Shown here piece after piece: positions 7,359 to 14,183 of a DNA stretch of 61,254 nucleotides. The stretch is from Kiritimatiellia bacterium (GTDB taxonomy: Bacteria; Verrucomicrobiota; Kiritimatiellia; RFP12; UBA1067): positions 1-61,254 of the forward strand of contig JAZQTB010000079.1 of assembly GCA_045630425.1 (NCBI GenBank). The letters run 5' to 3'. The translations under genes were made by a program, and so were the position numbers. The number at the start of each line of letters is the position of its first letter. The stretch's first letter is position 1. The notes below the pieces were generated by a model. It had not been told where the DNA came from, made no database searches, and saw only the letters and a program-made list of their open reading frames with translations.

Positions 7359-7915
7359 ATATGCGAAAGAGATTTGCACGGATTGTTGCGGGAATAATGT
7401 TGCTTGGTTTGGTGGGATGTGACGACACAAAAAGACATGCGGAATCCATTGGTGTAATTGGTGGCGCTGATGCGCCTACCGCTGTTTGGCTTTCATCCTG
7501 GTCCGCATGGAGCCAGAACTTTCTGGATTGCATTGTTCCCGTTGTGTCGATCGCTCCGCAATCTACGATTGAAGACACGAGGGACTATCTTGAAAAGGTA
7601 GTGCTGAATCCTCCGGGCATGAACGGCATTGACGGATTGGGGCCAATCAAGGTTGAATTGGTCTATGGCCGCAATCTCGTTGTGCCGCTGAAAGAGTTCT
7701 ATGCGACGAATGTTCCCGTGCGGACGGTTTTGACTGAGATTGCAGAAAGAGATGGCGCAAAGGTGGCGTGGAATCCCAGGCGCCGTGTTGTCTCATTCCT
7801 CTGCAAAGGCAAGCTGAACCAAGACGAATGGCGTAAAATTCTGGAAGATGTTGGCGAAATTATATATCCTTCAAATCCTGTCAAGGATACCCCAACCGAA
7901 AGGAGCAACCCATGA
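7355..7915 (+). CDS. lipoprotein of unknown function
   Basis: MNMRKRFARIVAGIMLLGLVGCDD carries a lipobox LVGC. The mature N-terminus is homologous to the 5288 mini-lipoprotein. Confidence 0.7.
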   Translation: MNMRKRFARIVAGIMLLGLVGCDDTKRHAESIGVIGGADAPTAVWLSSWSAWSQNFLDCIVPVVSIAPQSTIEDTRDYLEKVVLNPPGMNGIDGLGPIKVELVYGRNLVVPLKEFYATNVPVRTVLTEIAERDGAKVAWNPRRRVVSFLCKGKLNQDEWRKILEDVGEIIYPSNPVKDTPTERSNP

Positions 7916-8007
7916 ATACGCGGATGATGTTTGCGCGGGCCGTCGCGGGAGATTTTTTAGACAGGATTTACAGGATTAACAGGATCAAGAAAGTCGCGGG
8001 AGAATAA
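7912..8007 (+). other. 31-aa ORF overlap-coupled on both sides
   Basis: MNTRMMFARAVAGDFLDRIYRINRIKKVAGE. RBS aaggag lies upstream. Its ATG overlaps the stop of the 7355 gene (ATGA). Its TAA overlaps ATG 8007 (TAATG). The N-terminus resembles the 7355 signal peptide. Confidence 0.3.
7961..7987 (+). repeat. 9-bp tandem repeat x3 (acaggattt / acaggatta / acaggatca)
   Basis: Three consecutive 9-mers ending 20 nt upstream of ATG 8007. Confidence 0.9.
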
Positions 8008-9059
8008 TGAAAAAGGCTTCACTTCTTTTGTTTGGAATCGTGTGGTGCGGCATTCTTGCCGTCATCACGTGGCTCTTTTCATGTAGTACGGGGGTAGGCA
8101 AGAGTGATGTTCCTGATCCGTACGGCCGATGGATGGTGTATACGATCATTTCCGGATTTTGGGCGCTCGGCGTTGTCGTAGTCGCATCGGGTATCGCGAT
8201 GCTTTTCTCCAGAGGGGATGAAAAGCCGAAACCCGGGTCGCTGGTGGGCAAGTTCATCTTTATCATATTGGGTGCGATGTTTGCCCTGTTGGGAGTGTTC
8301 GGCGTCTGCGGCACCGTGGCCGATAATGCCGGAGTCGACGATCCTGATCTACCAATGTTTTTCAGGGTGTTCGCGCTGGTGATGCACAATGTCCTTCCGG
8401 TAGTCATGTTTGTGATTTTCTTCCTGATTGGGATAATGGTGTTTTTAATCGGCATTAATGAACTTGCAAGGCCGTTGCGCAAGAAGAAAGCTGCCGTGCT
8501 CGGCAAGCGGACTGTGCGCCTGAGAAGGACGCCAGACCTTGATGTTGTGAAATTGTTCGGAAGCTTTCTGGGGTGCACGGCGGCGATAGGGCTCATAATC
8601 GGGCTTAAGAGCTTTCAGCTTTTCACAAATCCCTTTGCCTTCAAATGCTTTCTTATTGTCTCGTCCGTGGTGGTGATAGGCACCTATGCGGCGTTTGTAG
8701 TCCGCATGGTCAGGCGCGAGGTAGCCTTGCCGCACTACAAGGTCACGTTCACGGGCGGCAAGTGGAGGACGGGCGCGGAGATGAGCGTCCGCTACGAGTT
8801 TGCAGGCGCTTCAGCTCCTGATGCCCTCAAGGTTCTTCTCGTCCAGTCCGACGGCGCAATACGCGAAGCCGGCGCACTGGAAGAGGATGTACATGAGGCG
8901 ATATACGAAGCAGACTCGCCGGCAATGGTACATGCGGGCGGCTTCGCGTTCACTGTCCCGAAGGCAATATTCTCCGAACACATACAATGGGGACTTGTAT
9001 TTCTCTTCAATTGCGAAGGTCAGGAGCGCGAAGACTATTTCAGACTTCCGGCAAAATAA
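8007..9059 (+). CDS. polytopic membrane protein with C-terminal soluble beta-rich domain, unknown function
   Basis: About 6-7 hydrophobic helices in the first ~230 aa, followed by a ~115-aa domain (YKVTFTGGKWRTGAEMSVRYEF..FAFTVPKAIF..WGLVFLF). Confidence 0.7.
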   Translation: MKKASLLLFGIVWCGILAVITWLFSCSTGVGKSDVPDPYGRWMVYTIISGFWALGVVVVASGIAMLFSRGDEKPKPGSLVGKFIFIILGAMFALLGVFGVCGTVADNAGVDDPDLPMFFRVFALVMHNVLPVVMFVIFFLIGIMVFLIGINELARPLRKKKAAVLGKRTVRLRRTPDLDVVKLFGSFLGCTAAIGLIIGLKSFQLFTNPFAFKCFLIVSSVVVIGTYAAFVVRMVRREVALPHYKVTFTGGKWRTGAEMSVRYEFAGASAPDALKVLLVQSDGAIREAGALEEDVHEAIYEADSPAMVHAGGFAFTVPKAIFSEHIQWGLVFLFNCEGQEREDYFRLPAK

Positions 9060-9112
9060 GCATTCATCAGGCGTATCAAAATCGTAAGAAAAAACCGAAA
9101 GGAACTGAGCTC

Positions 9113-10207
9113 ATGAAACTTTTTGCGCGAATCAACTTGTCCTCCGTAGCACTGCGTAGGGGGATACTTGTCTCATACCTCGCGCTCGCGGCGGCGACTA
9201 TCTGCGGCTGTCGCAGGTCGGACGTGGTCATCTACGACGGGGATACCGGCAATATCGTCTGGGGGAGCATTGGGACCGACAGCACATGGCGCGAAGCATT
9301 CGCGGGTGTTGTCGACACGAAGAACGAGTGCTTTCATACGCTACAGAAGCTTAAACCTGCGAACGGCAAAGAGGACGGTCTGTATGTTCTGCGGGAGTAC
9401 GATTTTTCCGGGGTGTTGCGATGGGAGCGGAAACTGGAAGGGTGTCTAGTCTCTCCATCGGGTTTCATAGTCAGCGGCGGCGGACTCTATCAGTGGCACT
9501 ATCTCCATGTCGAAGTGGACGTCAAACCGCCAGAAATCATCAATGGCACGGAATGCCGATATGTCATGACGGACACGGACCATGAGGAGTTTCGGCGCTA
9601 TGACTTGAAGACGGGCAGGTACTCGATTGTTCGCTTCGGAGAGAAGGATTGGGGCGAACACTCCACATCTCTCCACTTCGCCTACTGCAACAACGGAATC
9701 GTCGCCCTCGCGCGTCATGGCCCGTATGTCCGTACGGATCCGAATGGCGTACCCTGTCCGCCGCCCAGAGGAATACGCAGACGAAAGGATGATGCGGGCG
9801 GTATTTTTCGTGTTGGGCATGATGGCGTCGTCACGAAGATCATCAGCGAACAGGACCACAGGGCTTCGAGGCTTGAGCTTGTGTCTGGATGGAGCGCGGC
9901 ATATTTCGCCGTGAAGACAGTGAACGGGGACGTGCGGATATATGACATGGACTGCAAACTGGTACATCATGTCCGGCTTTCCAAGACACATCCCGATTTT
10001 GTGGCGGACGACCTGTTTATAACGTACGTCTGGGCGGACGACGAGACGATTGTCTGTAAGAACATGATCACAGAGGGGAAGTACGGGATGCTCGCGATAA
10101 GTGCCAAGACGGGCGAAGTGCGCGAGGCAAAGGCCTCGGAATTCAAAGAAGCGTGGCGTAGCGGTGTTCGGCTCCGTGGGCCGTTGCGCATCAAGGAGCG
10201 ATTCTAA
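9113..10207 (+). CDS. lipoprotein of unknown function, possibly with an RR-containing signal
   Basis: The start is taken at ATG 9113: MKLFARINLSSVALRRGILVSYLALAAATICGC. The listed ORF start at 8987 overlaps the previous gene. Hydrophobic core plus Cys. No family motif recognised in the mature part. Confidence 0.7.
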   Translation: MKLFARINLSSVALRRGILVSYLALAAATICGCRRSDVVIYDGDTGNIVWGSIGTDSTWREAFAGVVDTKNECFHTLQKLKPANGKEDGLYVLREYDFSGVLRWERKLEGCLVSPSGFIVSGGGLYQWHYLHVEVDVKPPEIINGTECRYVMTDTDHEEFRRYDLKTGRYSIVRFGEKDWGEHSTSLHFAYCNNGIVALARHGPYVRTDPNGVPCPPPRGIRRRKDDAGGIFRVGHDGVVTKIISEQDHRASRLELVSGWSAAYFAVKTVNGDVRIYDMDCKLVHHVRLSKTHPDFVADDLFITYVWADDETIVCKNMITEGKYGMLAISAKTGEVREAKASEFKEAWRSGVRLRGPLRIKERF

Positions 10208-10266
10208 GACGGAATTGCGCGGGCAGAACGCGCCTTGAGGCGGTAAGCGAAAGGAGTAGGTAAAGG

Positions 10267-10479
10267 ATGAATAAGCGGAGATTGAGAATCCTTAAGTTTG
10301 CGGCGATTGCCGTAGCGGTGATGGCGCTTGCGTGGGGCGCTTCGGCGATTGCCGTCTATGCTGTGTCGTCCGGGCGCGTGTTAGACAGCGCAAGCATAGA
10401 CGCCGTGCCGTACCGGCGCGCGGCGGTCGCGGACGACGCTCGGCCCAGAAAAAGAATTATGGTAAAATATCAACCATAA
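10267..10479 (+). pseudogene. probable 5' fragment of a SanA/YdcF-family gene
   Basis: N-terminal TM helix, then AVSSGRVLDSASIDAVPYRRAAV, which resembles SanA ..iy.....LPYRQVGVVLGT. The conserved VLGT core and everything after it are missing. The frame continues into AT-rich sequence and stops at 10479. Confidence 0.4.
10460..10468 (+). promoter_or_regulatory. extended -10 promoter element (TGGTAAAAT)
   Basis: TGnTAAAAT about 55 nt upstream of ATG 10523. Confidence 0.35.
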
Positions 10480-10486
10480 AGAGTAG

Positions 10487-10499
10487 GGGGACTGTCCCC
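10487..10499 (+). promoter_or_regulatory. perfect 13-bp palindrome GGGGACtGTCCCC, candidate operator
   Basis: It lies between the -10 element at 10463-10468 and the RBS aaaaggag of the 10523 gene. Confidence 0.35.
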
Positions 10500-10522
10500 A
10501 TCGGCGATAAAAAAGGAGTGTT

Positions 10523-11239
10523 ATGGCTAAGAAGTATAATTGCCCAAAGTGCGGGTGTGAAGTTGAGATGGCGAATATCAATGTAGCGAATGATATATTG
10601 CTTTGTTCTTCCTGTGGTGAGACATCCAGATTTTCAGAGATTGTTGATTTAGAGCGTGAAGCGCAAGAGGAGGATTATGATGCTCAGCTTCTTAACTCTA
10701 AACCCCCGAAGCATTTAAAAGTAATTTCAGATCCGACTGATATGACGGGGCGCATTTCGCTTATTTATCGTAAATTTTCACCAATGGCGTTTTTTATTGT
10801 TCCATTTACATGCGCGTGGTCGGGTTTTTCCATGGCGGGGATATATGGTTCGCAGATTGCTGCTGGGAAATTCAATCTTCAGGCGTCGCTTTTTGGATTG
10901 CCTTTTCTTGTCGGTTCGATTGTGCTTGTGTCGGTCAGTTTGTTTTGTCTATTCGGCAAACGTGTGTTGACATTAGAGCGCGGCAATGGCAAATATTTTT
11001 TCGGGGTTGGATTTATCGGTATTTTTAAGCGTTTTACTTATGATCGCCAAACGAAAGTGCGTGAAGGCGAGACGTCATATACTGTAGGCGGCGGTCGGCA
11101 CGGCGGAGGTTCTCCGCTTTCGGAGCTTCATTTGACTCATCCTGATAAATCTGATAAAGTTCGCATTTGTGCCGGTATGAGTGAAGATGCGCTTGATTAT
11201 GTCTCGGCAGTTATAAGGCGAGAGGCTTCTAAGGTTTAA
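10523..11239 (+). CDS. zinc-ribbon membrane protein, unknown function
   Basis: N-terminal CPKCGC..x17..CSSCGE zinc ribbon. Two hydrophobic helices (MAFFIVPFTCAWSGFSMAGIY and LFGLPFLVGSIVLVSVSLFCLF), then a ~90-aa C-terminal domain. AT-rich segment. Confidence 0.7.
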   Translation: MAKKYNCPKCGCEVEMANINVANDILLCSSCGETSRFSEIVDLEREAQEEDYDAQLLNSKPPKHLKVISDPTDMTGRISLIYRKFSPMAFFIVPFTCAWSGFSMAGIYGSQIAAGKFNLQASLFGLPFLVGSIVLVSVSLFCLFGKRVLTLERGNGKYFFGVGFIGIFKRFTYDRQTKVREGETSYTVGGGRHGGGSPLSELHLTHPDKSDKVRICAGMSEDALDYVSAVIRREASKV

Positions 11240-11299
11240 GGGCGATGGCGGGGATTGCCTCTGTTCGCGATAATACAAAGAAGTTGGCGGCGTTCGCTG

Positions 11300-11328
11300 T
11301 TGATAGCGGATGTTAAATATGCTATAAT
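11300..11328 (+). promoter_or_regulatory. sigma70-type promoter of the XRE regulator gene
   Basis: -35 TTGATA at 11300-11305, a 17-nt spacer (including the TG extension), and extended -10 TGcTATAAT at 11320-11328. RBS ggaggaag precedes ATG 11356. Confidence 0.5.
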
Positions 11329-11355
11329 ATTAGCACTTTCTTGGAGGAAGTGATA

Positions 11356-11649
11356 ATGAAAAAGCAGAATGTACTTTATCCAAAGGCGGCGAAAGCTCTT
11401 AAGAGAATGGGCGAGAATCTTCGTTTGGCTAGAAGACGTCGAAAAATAACAGCATCAATGATGGCAGAGCGAGCTAATATGTCTTTAATGACGCTACGTT
11501 CGCTTGAGCGGGGGTCGGCGCATGTTTCGATGTGTAATTATATGGCTGTTATTTCATGCCTTGGCTTTCAAGATGATATCGCTTCAGTTGCCGCGAACGA
11601 TGTTCTTGGGCGAGATCTTCAAGATGCCGCTAGTTGTACCTTGATATAG
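11356..11649 (+). CDS. XRE-family helix-turn-helix transcriptional regulator, antitoxin-like
   Basis: LKRMGENLRLARRRRKITASMMAERANMSLMTLRSLERG is a typical Cro/C1 HTH. Its size and layout match HipB/y4mF-type antitoxins. Confidence 0.75.
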   Translation: MKKQNVLYPKAAKALKRMGENLRLARRRRKITASMMAERANMSLMTLRSLERGSAHVSMCNYMAVISCLGFQDDIASVAANDVLGRDLQDAASCTLI

Positions 11650-11793
11650 GCGACTTATTTGATGATTCAGAGTATTATCGGCTCACGAAAAAAGAAGCGA
11701 AGCAACGTTATGACGAGATGTATTCGCTTGTTAAGGATTTAGCACCTAATTTCGTGAGATGAATGTAACGTTAGTGGGCCTCTATGTGAACAT

Positions 11794-11847
11794 CCATCGG
11801 AGTTTATAAAATTAAGCGCAGCGCTAAATAATAAACTCTATTTCTTC
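11794..11847 (+). repeat. 54-nt direct repeat, right copy
   Basis: ccatcggagtttataaaattaagcgcagcgctaaataataaactctatttcttc. It ends about 8 nt from the stop codon of the minus-strand gene 11856..12866. It contains the AT-rich stem gagtttat/ataaactc. Confidence 0.9.
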
Positions 11848-11855
11848 GTCAAGAA

Positions 11856-12866
11856 TCAATAAGGAATCGTCCAGACGTCATTGCCGATGTCGAGTTCAAG
11901 TGCGCCGGGAAGGGAGGGGGAGTTTTTCGAGTCCGCCTTTTCCTTGTTGCCGTAGACGCCTGAACTTTCAAGAAGCGCGTCAAGTTCAGCAAGATCGTCG
12001 TCGTTTTCGTCGGCCGCGCGGGCCGGTCGAGTCGTCTTCTCCGCCGCTTTGCGCGTTTGCTTCAATTGAGCGAGTTCGGCTTTCAGTTTCTCGATTTCGG
12101 CCGCCTGTTTAAGTCTCGCGATCTCAATGTCGCGCGGGTCGATTTCCTGAGATTTGACGGACTCCCGTTTTCGATTTAGAGGTTCCGCGAGTTCGTTGCC
12201 GTTCTCGTCGAAATATTCGGGATATAGCTTGCGGCGATGCTCGAGAATCTCCTTGCGCTTTTTCTCCCTGGCTTGCTCTTCCGAATTTTTCTTAGCTTTT
12301 TCGGCCAAATCGGCCGCCATTTTGGCTTCGCGTTCCTTCAAGGCGTTTTCTCGCGCGATGAGTTCTTTTTGAGCCTCTTCGAATTCGCGTTTTTTCAGTT
12401 CGGCTTCTCTTGCCGCCAATTCACGTTCCTTGGCGTTGAGGGCGCTGTCGACGGCCGGTTTTTCCTTGTTGTCGCCGACAACTACGACTGAGGCTGCCGG
12501 AGAGGGGGGCGGTGTGTTTTTTTGAGCAAGAAGTTGTTGTATAAGCCGTTCGTTCATTTTGGCGGTCTGTTCCATCAGATGACGCTGCATTTCAGCCGTA
12601 CCGTCCGGGAGCGATCGGTTGTTGCGCATATTCATGACGACAAACAGAAAGACGCCTATGATGACGACGATAAGCATCGTGAAGAAAAAGCATACGGACA
12701 TCAACCGCTTGTGAGCCTTGGCCTGTTCGGAATCGACATATTGCTGGAACGCTTTCAGGACAGGAAAATCGTCCATGGCGTCCTGATTGCCGTAAAGTGC
12801 CACAGGAGCCGGATTCGGCGGAATCGGAATCGCCTTGGCTTCGGGTATTTCCTCATTTTCTATCAT
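11856..12866 (-). CDS. single-pass membrane protein with long charged coiled coil
   Basis: TM helix MSVCFFFTMLIVVIIGVFLFVV, followed by an E/K/A-rich heptad-like region (AREAELKKREFEEAQKELIARENALKEREAKMAADLAEKAKK...). Confidence 0.7.
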   Translation of the reverse strand: MIENEEIPEAKAIPIPPNPAPVALYGNQDAMDDFPVLKAFQQYVDSEQAKAHKRLMSVCFFFTMLIVVIIGVFLFVVMNMRNNRSLPDGTAEMQRHLMEQTAKMNERLIQQLLAQKNTPPPSPAASVVVVGDNKEKPAVDSALNAKERELAAREAELKKREFEEAQKELIARENALKEREAKMAADLAEKAKKNSEEQAREKKRKEILEHRRKLYPEYFDENGNELAEPLNRKRESVKSQEIDPRDIEIARLKQAAEIEKLKAELAQLKQTRKAAEKTTRPARAADENDDDLAELDALLESSGVYGNKEKADSKNSPSLPGALELDIGNDVWTIPY

Positions 12867-12911
12867 TTTCCTGTTCCTTCCTTTATTGTCGCATAATATG
12901 TGTTATGTAAA

Positions 12912-14183
12912 CTACGCACGGAGCGCGTTTAACCTTTTTGAAATTGTCGCCTCGTAACCTTCCTGTGTCGGCCTGTAGTAATTTTTCGGTATGCCCATAT
13001 ATTCCTGCTTCACGTAATGATTGGCGAAATTGTGTGGATACCTGTATTCCGTCACCGTTTCGCTGCCGATGGCCTTTACGTGCTTGTTTTTGAGATGCTC
13101 GGGAACCGGCTGGACGGAGCCGGACTCGATGTCGGCCATAGCCTCGGATATCGCCATGCAGCTCGAGTTGGATTTGGGCGCGGTCGCAAGATATGTCGTC
13201 GCCTGAGATAGATTTATGGCGCACTCGGGCATCCCTACGAATTCGCACGCCTGCATCGCCGCCACGGCAACGGAGATCCCGCGCGGATCGGCGTTGCCGA
13301 TATCTTCGCTCGCGCTGATGACCAGGCGTCTGGCGATAAAGCGCGGATCTTCACCCGCGACGAGCATCTTGCCGAGCCAGTAGACGGCGGCGTCAGGATC
13401 GCTCCCGCGGATGGATTTTATGAACGCCGAAATCGTGTCGTAATGACCGTCTTCCTTTTTATCGTATCTGACCTGTCGGCGCTGAACGCATTCCTGGATC
13501 ACGTCGAGCGTCAAATGGACGACGTCGCCGTCTCCCGGCGGCGTTGAGCGCATCGCGATTTCGAGCGCCGTCAGAGCGTGGCGCGCATCGCCGTCGGAAA
13601 CCGTAGCGAGAAAAGAAAGGGCGTCGTCGTCGATTCGGGAAGGGATGGCTCCGCACCCCTTCTCGCGGTCATCGAGTGCCCTTTTCAGGACTTCGGCGAT
13701 TTCATCGGGAGAAAGCGCCTTAAGCTCGAAAACGAGAGAGCGCGACGTCAGCGGCGTATTGATGAAAAAGTTCGGATTGTGCGTCGTGGCCCCGATGAGA
13801 ACGACGGTTCCGTCCTCTACATAGGGAAGAAGAACGTCCTGCTGCGATTTGTTGAAACGGTGAATCTCGTCGATAAAAAGTATCGTACCCTTCCCTCCGA
13901 GTTCATTGCGCGCCCTGTCGCAGATTCTGCGGATGTCTGCAACGCCGGAGAGGACTCCCGAAAGCCTTACGAAATTGCGTTTCGTGGTCTTCGCAATCAC
14001 TTCGGCGAGCGTCGTTTTGCCGCATCCCGGCGGACCGTAAAAAATCACGTTGGTCAATCTGTCGGCCTCGATCACCCTTCTCAGGAGTTTCCCCTCGCCG
14101 AGAATATGGCGCTGTCCGACGACCTCGCCGATCGTCGAAGGCCGCATGCGCGCGGCTAAAGGCTCTGAAGAGAATTCGCTCAT
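12912..14183 (-). CDS. rarA: replication-associated recombination protein A (AAA+ ATPase)
   Basis: MRPSTIGEVVGQRHILGEGKLLRR, Walker A GPPGCGKTTLA, Walker B ILFIDEIHRFNK, and a MgsA-type C-terminal domain (YWLGKMLVAGEDPRFIARRL). Confidence 0.9.
   Translation of the reverse strand: MSEFSSEPLAARMRPSTIGEVVGQRHILGEGKLLRRVIEADRLTNVIFYGPPGCGKTTLAEVIAKTTKRNFVRLSGVLSGVADIRRICDRARNELGGKGTILFIDEIHRFNKSQQDVLLPYVEDGTVVLIGATTHNPNFFINTPLTSRSLVFELKALSPDEIAEVLKRALDDREKGCGAIPSRIDDDALSFLATVSDGDARHALTALEIAMRSTPPGDGDVVHLTLDVIQECVQRRQVRYDKKEDGHYDTISAFIKSIRGSDPDAAVYWLGKMLVAGEDPRFIARRLVISASEDIGNADPRGISVAVAAMQACEFVGMPECAINLSQATTYLATAPKSNSSCMAISEAMADIESGSVQPVPEHLKNKHVKAIGSETVTEYRYPHNFANHYVKQEYMGIPKNYYRPTQEGYEATISKRLNALRA

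Noticed and set aside
2700-11850. Integron-like gene cassette array or an intact prophage/ICE
   Set aside because: I recognise no intI, attC-like sites, recombinase, transposase, or phage structural or conjugation genes. Only repeats, toxin-antitoxin genes and gene fragments are present, so I call it a decayed mosaic island.
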